Source: Ramazzottius varieornatus (Eukaryota > Animalia > Tardigrada). From it: 64,000 bases of DNA. The notes beneath the pieces are model-generated. The model saw only the letters and a program-made list of their open reading frames with translations. It ran no database searches and was not told the DNA's origin. How positions within the stretch are numbered: the stretch's first letter is position 1; each line of letters opens with the position of its first letter. The translations under genes were made by a program, and so were the position numbers. Shown here piece after piece: positions 12,888-23,938 of the stretch. The stretch is taken from contig BDGG01000006.1 of assembly GCA_001949185.1 (NCBI GenBank), positions 1,966,827-2,030,826 of the forward strand, given 5' to 3'.

Positions 12888-15800
12888 ATGATGTATCACA
12901 AGGTTTTGGTACTGTGTTATCTCTTCCTGACCTCATAAACAAACAAACCATTCCCAGACAAAGGAACGATACTGCAGCCAATCTGCGGACTTACTGCGGA
13001 GGAATTCATGCTTGACGAATTGTCGTTACCACTCCGGAGTTTTCGTAGCTGGGTATCGAGAAAAGCTTGGAGCGATATTCGACATATCCTCCAACCCGCA
13101 GTTGTCCGCATAGAATATCGTGGTGGCTACAGTTCCAAGTGGTTTTGGTATGGCTGATCAACTTACTGTTGCGAATGTCGGACCGCAGTTTCTTACGGCT
13201 CTGTTTGCACAGCTGGGTCTCGGAGCAGTAGAAGAAGTGGCAGTCAGAGCTGGAACCGCGGTATTGCCCGAGAGGACTCGGTTTTGGGATTCGACCGTAC
13301 ATCTGGAGGCAATTATATCGAAACTGTTTGGGAACCGCTTTCCTGAACAACTTTTGGATATTCAAAAAGTTTTGAAAGCTAGTCTGGATGAGCTGGAAAA
13401 ACGGACCACCTTGACCACCGAGGAAAACACCATCCTCTTGGAGATGAATCCGCGCATTCATGGTATTGAGGTGGCGCACAGGGCTTTGGTTCGCTATCTC
13501 CAAGCGCCCACTGTATTGCGCTTGGAACAAGAACTATGGACCTCATGCATGGCACGCATGGGACCGCGGGACTCACTCCACTATTTCTTCACCGAGGTGA
13601 AAGCAGAGCATGGTAACTCCCTGCTTGACCGCATCATGAAAAACTGCGAAAAGGAAAGGAATTTCACGAAATTCCAAATGTGGAGCAAGAAAATCAAAAA
13701 CGCTATTGTGACCGGCGTCTACACACGAGCTTTCGAGCTCCGAGTTGGTATGGAAAGGGACAGGTCTCCCGAATCGCAAATCAGCATATTCGAGCAACTG
13801 ACAGAAATGCAGACTAATCAGCAGAGTGTTTTCGACGAACTGGACCGAGCGTATGTCAGACTAACGTGGCACTTCATACGAGGTGAGTCACTCAGTTTTA
13901 CGATAGGAAAAAACAAACTTATGAGCGAAGTGTATACTGATCTTCCATCGGAGCGCGCAACGGATCAAAGAACTATTCACGTTCAGTCGGTGGAGAGTTT
14001 CGGTTCAATCGGTTGTTCACTCGGTGGCTCACGGACGAAGCCCCCTTCGTTTCGAGAATCGAGTAGCCAGTTTCTGATTCTGAATTTTTTTAACATTCCT
14101 AAAGTCAACCGTATTGTTCAAACGATCTGTGCAAAATGCAAGGTTTCTAATTCAAATGCGTTCCACCTCAGCAACTCGGTAATTAGTCTAGTGATTAGGC
14201 TTTCACGACAAGAAAATGACGTTGGGCGTCTCAGTCGAGGTTTTTTCGACTCACTTAACACTTGCAGTACCATGGGGCGCAGACTTTCCCACAGATGCAG
14301 TCCTCGCCAAGGTGCGGGTTCTGTTAATAGCGTATCCGTTTGCTGTTGTTGTTGTTGTTTTACCTGAACAAAACATTTGTCTACCTGGTGAAATAAAGTC
14401 ACCGATGACAAGCCGAATCAAAAACATCAAGGGACGGGGAGTTTCACCGGGTGTTTTTTTGTCTCCTCGCGAGTCGAAAGCGCTGGGATGATTTGAAACC
14501 CATGGCTCAGACCCGACATGAGACACGGGGCACTGCAAGCAAAGTTGTAGAGCGAATAGCCGGTTGTCCGAGGCCGAGGCTGCGAGATCGGAAGGGTTGA
14601 CCATATGAAGGAGTGGGAGGTGTCCGACGGTGCCCTTCTCACCCTCTACGGTACCCTTCCTACCCTCCGAACGATGTGTCGGATCGTCTTCAGGGCCTGC
14701 CCAAACTGCCCTGGCGTGACATCACGAACACAGGTGACGAACGTCACACGGAAAAATCTGATAGCGCGACTGGTATCGCATGGCACTGCAGAACGTTCGG
14801 GGTGCAAAACACGCGCACCGTACAAGGGTCACTTGTTTGTCACAAAGTGGATGAGCTTGTAAAGTCGATACACACGCTTCCAGAAATCCTAGTCCTGAGG
14901 TAAAGCCGGAGCAGATGTCAGAAGTCAGAACGATTACTGACTGCACGAAGCCCAGATCCCTTCGACAGCTACCCCAAATTCTTTTAATCCAGGCAATTTA
15001 GGGCTCACGTAGCCGAAAGAACGTCTGATTCTGACTCGAACTCACAGAGGTTCTAGACAGGCACGAACTCTCGATTTGACAGAAAGAGAGAATGTGCGCT
15101 TCGTATATCGGAAGAGATTCCCGAACGACTTTCGTTCTCGAATCTCTTCTCTCGTGATCTTCTTCGAACTCTCACTCTAGTTTGGATGAGCATGGGGGAG
15201 GGTATTGGGACATGACTGGGAATTAATTCGAAAGTTGGGGAACGGAAGGTTTTTGAGAAATCTTCAGTGGGTAAAGTGTTTTCCAGTTCGGCAAACGGGT
15301 AAAGTGGGGCCACGCCTCTTGCCTTCCAAACACTGCCCTCCCGACCTCGCAGCCTTGGCCGCGGATAATCATTGCACTTCGGTTCATTTGCGCAACAATT
15401 CTGCTGCGGGTGTTAAAACGAATGCGTAACTGAAAGACATGCTCCAGCTTTTCATCTCGTTTATTGATCTTCGTAGCACCTTGCGAGGACTCTGGCAAAA
15501 AAGGATGCGGACTGGCCGGTCCACCAGAAACATCGCACTGCAGTGAGCTAGGCTGTTTAGTCTACAAATTCCTGAAGAAACAAGAGAAGGATACAAAAGA
15601 CAGACTTTTGGCGGCTCTTCGGGAGAAGTGGCCTCATATGATGTGGAAAGTAGCTGTTGGCGTGAGCAGTTCTCAACTGAACGCCACAAGGCTCAATCCA
15701 GCGCCTCGGAACTTCACACCGCAGCTGAACTGGCGAAGATTATGGTTTCATGCGCACGGCACTAACCAGGAGCAAGCACTCGCCGTTGTACCATTCGGAG

Positions 15801-16027
15801 ACAAAACGAGCTATACACACGGATGTTTGGTGCGGGTCGCTCCGCTTAAGTGGACTTTAAGAACGAAAGAGGCCCGTGAGTATGGCGTTGTGGCTGCGGT
15901 GTTCTGGTGTGATGAATCGGAAGCAATAACAACGACCACAGTATGGGAAGACATAAGGCGTCGCTTACAAAACGAAAGCGAGGCTCTGTCCAGTTTTGTT
16001 GACCAGCACGCTCTGCACAGAAGGTGA
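12888..16027 (+). CDS. Uncharacterised multi-exon protein, rapunzel/cephalotoxin-like helical domain with possible DM9-like segment (model incomplete; may be disrupted)
   Basis: Long exon ~13114-13882 (donor GTGAGT); exon 14268-14310 (VPWGADFPTDAVLAK, phase matches); exon 14694-14899 (...AWHCRTFG...LPEILVL); terminal exon 15477-16027 (LVYKFLKK...LREKWPHMMWKVAV). The 5' end and the 14899-15477 junction are unresolved, and the family call is by eye only. Confidence 0.45.
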
Positions 16028-16119
16028 TGGTGACGTAAAAATCGTTGTGAAATTTTGCGTGTGTGTGCTGTCCTGTATGTTTTCGAAGACGGGTGATCGT
16101 CGATAAAAATTACCACAAA

Positions 16120-16600
16120 GAATATCTATCGACACTCGCTGCTTAGAAACTGGAAAGATCTAGACTCACTAGTCACTTCTGCCATCTTTCTCCGACCGCC
16201 TCAAACAGCTCTGTTGCACAAAAGACCCCATAGTCTAAGGGTCTCTAAACCAGTATGGCAGAACTGGGACTGGCTTTCGATGTCCTGATACTTTGCAATC
16301 TTTCTTCTTCCGGCGGCATCAGAAGCCTATCGGGCTTTCACCGTTGACGTGGCGAAGTTGGTCAGGGCCAAGGTGTCAACCACCGTCACGTCTCGGACGA
16401 GCTCCTTACCGTTCTTCCATGGAACTTGCGTCATGCCGTACGGTCATCTCTTGTCCTTCCGGAAGATCCCTGGAGGTTCACGGATGGCACGTATCTGTGC
16501 TTACAGCTTGATCAGCTGTTTACTTCCTACTTGTACCGGCCACGAACTCGATTTCGGTCGTCCCCTTTTAGAGTACCTTATTTTCCCACACTGTATTGTC
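16120..16600 (-). mobile_element. 3' fragment of a CRE-like non-LTR retrotransposon (restriction-like endonuclease domain), degenerate
   Basis: Minus-strand translation with stops: [39 protein letters not shown]...RRKIAKY...GLETLRLW...RSFQFL, matching the EPxGL..RPDG.T..PW..G..L.WDVTV.DTLA...K..KY...ETLG pattern of RLE-type LINEs. Confidence 0.75.
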
Positions 16601-16680
16601 GACGCACACCTTAAACTCATACGGTTATATCGAATGGACTAATACCTGCAGAAAGCAAACTCTGACTCGCGTCCGAACTG

Positions 16681-19323
16681 TCATTTAGCATCAGAAATCG
16701 AGCTATTTAAAACAGGATCTTTCTCAAAAGTAACAAAGCGATATTCAAGGGAATATGCAGGTGGCTCCAGCTCGAATAATTCCAGTACGTTTTCCCGGTC
16801 TTCGTAAAGATATACTCCCGGAACGTACAGCGTCATCTAGACAAGTTCGAGATCTCATGTAAAATACAGTACTGAGTGACAGCCGAGCTCTCCCATCGAT
16901 GCCATCAGAACCACAAGAAAGGAAAGTATGGTAACCGACGTACCTGTGGTCCTTGGGACGGCCAGTAGCGACCCAAGTTTCTTCCATTTATGAAAGCGTA
17001 TCCCTGCAACACACAAAATACAGTGCTGTAGCAGAACACGTGGAGTAGAAAAAGCTCGACGTTCGATCGTACGTGGGTCCACTTATCCAGTCGAAGGTAG
17101 GTGTCCCTAGCTTCGTCCACATCAAAGTCTTTCGACGTGAAGAACCAAGGGATATCGAAATCTTCCGGCTTTTTGGGTCCTCTTCCTGGTTCAAAATCCA
17201 GCGGCTGCGGATCATCGACCGGGAATCCTGGTAGCCTGACTGGGTACATTTTCCAGTCCTGAACGACTTTACCATCAAGAGTGACGTTGCCGACTATGCC
17301 CTTCATTTCTTCGATCGGCCCAACTGCAAAACGTCCTTCGTTCTGAACCAGAATATCCAGAGTTTGGTTAGCTCTTATGTAGACGTTAAGGGCTGCTTTG
17401 TCTGTGGAGAACCGGGCCAACATCCCAACAGGTTCTTTGTCGACGAACACGTAAGCGCGGTCGTGTAGGCCGTTGATGGCCAGGACCGAAGGGTCTTTGG
17501 TTGAACGGTTGATCACAGTGCGATACAGCACGAAGCCGTAAGGCTGTTTGAGAAACTCAAAAGACAACGGGTATGTGGAGCTGATTGGTACATTTGGGCA
17601 GAGTTTTCGAAAGTTGTGGTAAAATGAGCCCATAGGGTACATCTGGATCTTTCCGTAGGCGGCTTTTTCTCGAGATGGCGGCACTGGTCCTGACGGAACC
17701 GTACCGTACTGAAGAAAAAAGAAAGTAACAGCAACTTGGAAAACTGAAACGGGAATATGGAAGGGGATGGACCTCGTGCTCGTACCTTTTGAAGAAGGTT
17801 TCGGATCTTTGTATATTTTGGAGTGATGTCTCCTGCTTCCGACAACGGTGCGTCGTAGTCGTAGGAGGTAATGCAGGGTTCGAAGGTGTCTCCGGCGTTC
17901 GAACCCGACACAAAACCGTAATTGGTTCCTCCGTAGAACATGTAGGTGTTGACCGATGCGTTCATCCGCAACATAGCGTCCAGCGTTTCAACAACCTTGT
18001 CAGCGTCGACGGTGTTGAATGGCTCGCCCCAGTGGTCCAGCCAACCAGGATAGTACTCACTACCGTCAAGATCCAATGAGACATATCAGCAATGTCAGGA
18101 CAAGTCGGATGTAGTGTTACGAGCTTGCCGTACCTGTTTACGAGTGGACCGTCCTTGTTGAACTGCCTCTGGAGCTCGAAAGCGGCTCTGACTTCGGACT
18201 CGGAAGCCGTGCCAAAATCAGTGGTGGTCAAGGTACCCTCTACCATTCCACGTTTGACCAGCTCGGCAGCGTTACCGTCGGTCGTGAAAAGAACCACTTC
18301 CTTCCCCAGAAGCTCTTTTAGCAAGTCTCGGAGAAAGCCTTTGTATTTCAGATCTTTGTCTCGCGATCCATATTCATTTTCGACCTACATGTACAATGCT
18401 TTCCTTAAATAATTACGACATAGATCACAATTGGCTACTCCTTAGTTAACATCCTACCTGAGCAGAAATAATTGGCCCGCCATTAGAGTAAGTTAGATCT
18501 TTAAGCATGGGCAAAATTTTCCGCAGCCATCGCTCTACGTATTGGAGGTAAGAAGGATCGCTCGATCGCAGGTGCATTGTTGAATTCATTCGGTGGAGCC
18601 AATAAGGTAAGCCGCCCTTTAACGAGAGAAAAGATGGAAAATCCTGGCGCCTTACTCATCTGAACGAATATCGAATTTTGAATTGATAAGTCGGACAACG
18701 ACCTCCGAAACTTATCGTACAACGTACAAAGTCCACTTCCGCATCGATAAACGGTCCAGGTCGTAAGATAGCCAGCAGTCCGGACTTTTGCGCCAGCTGC
18801 ACGAATTTTCGAATGTCGAGATTGCCTCTAAAGTTGTACTCTTCAGGCTCAGGTTCGTGTAAGCCCCAGTATACGTACCTGAGGAAACAAAGTAAAATTG
18901 CCAACCAGATATTACTTAGTGCAGTTTGGTGGCAAACAGTGTTTTAACACATTCGGTCAGCTGAGAGCGCGGAACCGAGTTTTGAACAAATGCTTACGTT
19001 TGCACGGCGGTAAGTCCAGCTACACGCATCTTCAGAAAGGTATCCTCCCAATATTCGGGTGGTTGCCGCCAATAGTGGAAGCTACCCGAAATGTAGCGAA
19101 AGGGCTGCCCATCTTTCAGGAAACATTTGTCCCCTATCGCAAACGTCCTTGGAGCTTCCTAAACCCAAAAGAAGACCACGCCGAATATACAAAACGTTGT
19201 GTTGCGAAATCCCCGAATTTCATCCACCTGACTGTCTTCCTTGTCCGACAATAAAATTCCATGCGATGCAGTCACGATACCGAGAGACACAATGGTCCAG
19301 CGAACAGATGACGAGGTAAACAT
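16681..19323 (-). CDS. GLB1: Glycoside hydrolase family 35 beta-galactosidase (GLB1-like), signal peptide, ~647 aa, 9 exons
   Basis: Exons 19323-19228, 19158-18998, 18878-18728, 18616-18458, 18384-18134, 18059-17786, 17708-17073, 17003-16944, 16836-16681 (1944 nt, phases consistent). Motifs [52 protein letters not shown] (acid/base), [12 protein letters not shown] (nucleophile), [31 protein letters not shown]. Confidence 0.93.
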
Positions 19324-19869
19324 TGTTGCAGAATAGTGCAATAATTAGATTTGGCTATGGAGAGTTTTCGCAGAAAATGTGTAACAGTGTAGAGAAACGC
19401 TAGAATACTGCCTGGAATAAACCATTCATCCGCAAACTTTGTTTTCCAGTTCGTTACCTGCCCACAGCTACCTCATCATGGTTTCCTGCCTTACTATTGA
19501 TCAGATAGTACTTGTTTAACTATCACTGTAGGTCGGCTGAACGCTTATCATCCACGAACACGTGTTCCGCCCACGGTATACGTGTTTTCGGTTATACTTC
19601 GGTGTGTCCAAGCAGCGTTCGTGCCAAACGGTACCAGCGAGATCATCGTGCGCAGTGAAAGTACGCACCCTAGTGGACAATTGAACCGGTGGTTTGATGA
19701 AGCTGGACCGTGGTCAGTATGTTATCTCCATGACAGCTCTGCCCGGAGTTAAGCAGTGTGGAAGCTCATGCAGACCACCCTCTTTCGGACGGGTTCGTCC
19801 ATCCTAAGATAGTTTACTATTTACTGTCGCTTCGATTCATTGTTTCACCTGATATTGCGCCATTATATA

Positions 19870-21063
19870 ATGCTTTCTGTGTTACTAGTGGCTACCATCG
19901 TTGTAATCACCGGAAGCACCCGTGGTATCTCTGGTAAGATGCAGTACTCACAAACTATATCGTCAGCATAATATTATGCCGAAAGTAGTTTCCGAACCCT
20001 ACGAGGTGCGAACAGGTTTTCTTCGTTTTAGCAATCACGTGTTATATGTGCGATACCCAGAAAACGGGAGTGACGACCGTTGTACCGACAGCTTTCCGGA
20101 ACCAAAAGACCTGCGCTAACCCTGACGCTGCTTCCTTGTCCAAATTTGCCGTTGACTGCGACAGCTTCCATGTCAATTTCACCAGCTGCGAATCCGGGTT
20201 TACTTTCGCCACTGACGGGAAAACAGGTAAGATGCGTCTTTCGTTCTGTGGATTTTCTAGCATGCGGTACTGCATTGATTAGTGACATCGTCTCCTTGGA
20301 TTCATGCACATGTCTGCTATAGCTTTTCGTCTTAGTTATTCGTACGTACCGTGACTGCATGAATGCAGATGGAAGAGCCAAGGTTAGAATTCAAGACGGC
20401 CTTTGCCACACGTACTCCTATCCACCCGGACTTCAGTACGTCTGTGCCTGTAGCGGTGACAAATGTAACAGCGAGAATGGTGTCGGTTCGACATCCGCTG
20501 AACACAGTCTTTTGTACGGTACCGTCAACGGTTTGAGTGCCGCGTTGTTAGAAGCCGAAATTGAAGTAACCAAAGACAACGTTCACAAGGCAGACCTCGA
20601 TCGCTCCATCATGAAAGCCGCCCTCAAGTTCGAGAACTCGACAGCCAACGTCACCATACTAACGGCCCAGAAGGTCGTTCTCGAAGCAACACTTGCAAAC
20701 AAAACAGCACTGGTTCTGGTGGCATTCAACAAAGTGAACGCGACTGGAGACCCGAAGAACAGAGCGGCGTGGGGAAATGCGGAAGCAGAGAAGAACGCCG
20801 CGGATAAGGCTTTGACGGCCAAAGTGTTTGAGTTGACGGAAGCGCAAGAAACTATGAGGATAGCCAAGGATGCAGCGGAGAGGGCGATACAGGATGAAGA
20901 AGACTGGAAGAAAGGGAAAGCAGATAAAAGAGCAGCATACAAAGCGGCGGCAGACGCTGCTTTTAAGATTGCGACTGCGAAGATTCCCGGAGAACCACTG
21001 AATATGTTTCGGCAGATACTCGATGTCGCCTTGACGCGCATTGATAATCAGACTTCATGGTAA
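19870..21063 (+). CDS. Secreted Ly6/uPAR-like (three-finger, quiver/sleepless-like) protein A with long Ala/Lys/Glu-rich helical C-terminus (~328 aa)
   Basis: Exons 19870-19933 (signal peptide MLSVLLVATIVVITGSTRGIS), 20032-20226, 20336-21063; phase-1 introns; 10-Cys pattern ITCYMC...C...C...C...RDC...C...CAC..DKCN. Confidence 0.8.
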
Positions 21064-21348
21064 AAAATTGCGCTTTGTCTGAGCTGCCTTTGTTGTGGCT
21101 TATAATTAGTGAAGATTTCTAGAGTTCCTCAACATGCAGGTCCCCAGGGAAACCGCGAACGGTAAGCGTAGTTTGTGGGGCTGATAAATTTCTGAGTGAA
21201 GACCGAGCACGTACAATCAAGTGATACTTCCTAAAGTCGTCAACAGTTTACTGTCGCTGGGCGAAGAAGCCCGACGCATACCGACCGTTTTGCTGTTTGT
21301 CTTACTCACACCTCGAAATAAACTTCGCCCATCTTGTTCACACTCAGC

Positions 21349-22099
21349 ATGAATTTGGAAAAGTCTTTACTGGTGTCTGTTATGGTGCTGTTCGCTGAAG
21401 CTTCAAGGATTGAAGGTGAGAATTCCGTTTAAAACAGAACCAGCCAATTAAAAAAGAGGAGATAGCCAAACCCTTTCACTTCATGCTGTCTGTAGCGATT
21501 TGGTGCTACCTGTGTGACTCAAGCTCCACGGGTGTGGCGACAACCATTCCCAATGGTAATCAACGTCAAGGGGACTGCAGTAGCAGCGACCCAGCCTTGT
21601 TGGAAAAATTTGTCTACAACTGCGACAGATACAGCACCTTGTTCAACAGCTGTGAAACTGCTTTTGATTTCGCGGCAGATGGGAAAACAGGTGAACCCGT
21701 ACCTTTTCCGTTGTGAAAGCGTTCAGATCGAATTAGTGCCTTGCAGTGACTAGGACGTATCGAGACTGCATCAACGACCAAGGCAAGAGTATCATCAGAC
21801 TGAAAGGAAACAGTGACTGCCAGCCTTACACATATCCGCCTGGACTTCAAACAGCCTGCGCGTGTACGGGAGACCGGTGCAACAAGGAGAACGGCGTGGT
21901 CACCTACAATGGCATGGAACAATCCGCAGTTGATGGAAGCAGCATCGCCATGATCGCGGACAAGATTGCCGCGGACAAAGCCAGCGCTGCTGCTCTCGAT
22001 GCAGCAAGAACCAACAGGTTCAGAAATGGCTGGTCGAACGGAGTGGGATATCCTGGTGGTCTGTCGCTCTCCATCAGCGTCAGCAGCAGTGAAGATTAA
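21349..22099 (+). CDS. Secreted Ly6/uPAR-like (three-finger) protein B (~204 aa)
   Basis: Exons 21349-21415 (signal peptide), 21496-21690, 21747-22099; same intron positions and 10-Cys pattern (IWCYLC...RDC...CACTGDRCN) as paralog A. Confidence 0.8.
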
Positions 22100-22568
22100 G
22101 CTGCGGTTGGGTAGTCGACTGTGTTGTTTTCGTCTGATTGCTGTTGCGATACCTTTTTTAGTTTGTTATTAAATATTGTGATAACTGGTACCACTGACAA
22201 CGGAATACTGATGACCAGCCACGTGCCGCTCTACAGCGGTTCTGTACTGTTCCGACCTTTATCTACCCCAGCTGCTCTGGCCGACGAGCTCCTTGACAAC
22301 CACCCCAGAAGGCTTTTGGCTGCTACGCATCTTTAGCTCTGATTCAGTTTCTCACTAAATCAAAAGGAAAGTTCTGCAGTGGCTGGTTACAATATTTGTG
22401 GTATCCGTCACTATATCTGTGCATACTCTCAGAGCTTACGCACTTTTCTAGCGCGAAAGGGACCCCGGATCCGGCTTGGGACTTTTACTCCCTTTTACTA
22501 TCAACATTTTGTATTATCTCAACGACAGCTACTCTTGTTACTTACTGGCTTATTGACCACTTCGGAAA

Positions 22569-23938
22569 ATGATCGCAACGAAATTGCTTCTTATTATTGG
22601 GACGACTGCAGTTTTCAAACCATTCAGCGTCGAGGGTAAGGACGAAAATCGAATTTCACTGATTGATGCAGTACTCGGTCAAGAAAACCCGAGGAGAATT
22701 TAATCTGGTTAACTTGAAACGCTGCAGCTGTACGGTGCTACATGTGCGACACTTCGCCAACCGGCGTATGGACGACTATTCCCGGTCCCAATCAACGACA
22801 GCCGGACTGCGCCAAATCTGATGTAGCATCGTTGGCCAGATTCTCCGTTGACTGTAACACCTTCAATATGGGCTTCGACAAGTGCGAGACTGCTTTTGGT
22901 ATTGGTTCGGATGGCAAAAGTTAGTCTTACCCTGTCTTGAATTTCACCATCGAAAAAACCTGTTGTTATCGGCTTCTCCATATGTTTGCAGTAAATCGAG
23001 TGTACCGGGACTGCATCAACGCCAACAACCGAGCCAAGATCGGAACGACTGGCAACGGTGATTGCAAAAATTACGACTATCCACCTGGGATGAGCAAGGC
23101 TTGCTCTTGTACCGGCGACCTGTGTAATCGAGAAGACGGTGTCAACAGCAATTATATTGCCACCATCGCCGGACGAACACCGAAGGAGCTCGCCGCTGAG
23201 GCCGCTGCGGTACTGATACAGCGCAGAAGTAATATCACCCTTTTGGATCCACCAAAATATCGTGTTTGAGTGTAGTTTCTCCAATAAGAAGCTTGCTTTT
23301 CAGACATCACGTGTTACCTGTGCGATACTTCGGCTACAGGAGTCGCCACTAGTATTCCGCTGGACAACCAGAAACAGGCAGATTGCGCCAAAACCGACAA
23401 GGCATCGTTGGCTAAATTCGCTGTAAACTGTATGGTGGCATTCCCAGGTAGTACTTTCGATGGCTGTGAAATTGCATTCAGTTATGCATCGAACGGGAAA
23501 ACAGGTGAGTTTAGTGGACTTGGAACGCAGACTTTGCAAAGCTGGTACAAGAAAAATATCCGTCGAACTAATTTCCGCGCGCTTTCCTGGCTAGTTACAC
23601 GCGTGTTACGGGACTGCATCAACAGCGAAGGACGAAGCAAGATCGGTCTTGGGGGTGACGGTGACTGCCAGAATTACAACTACCCACCGGGCATCAATAA
23701 GGCTTGCGCTTGCACTGGAAACTTTTGTAACAGGGAGAATGGCGTCATGAGTTTCAACGGCAAGGAAATCGCAAGCATCAATGGCATGACGCCAGATGAA
23801 GCCGCTGCAGCGGAAGCCGCCGTTGTAACCATGTCCCCACCATCCCGACCCGGAAGGAACGGGATGAACTGGAGATTCGGTCGCAAGGGACTGCTACTCC
23901 TCGATATCTCTATGCATGCCCAAGCTTCAGATCATTAG
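22569..23938 (+). CDS. Secreted protein C with two tandem Ly6/uPAR-like domains (~346 aa)
   Basis: Exons 22569-22635 (signal peptide), 22728-22919, 22992-23228, 23304-23504, 23595-23938 (1041 nt). The second domain (ITCYLC...CACTGNFCN) has no signal exon of its own, so it is inferred to be fused through a phase-1 intron 23229-23303. Confidence 0.75.

Noticed and set aside
19159-19161. In-frame TAG suggesting the beta-galactosidase is a pseudogene
   Set aside because: It is the 3' splice site of a 69-nt intron (19227-19159); the spliced frame is intact.
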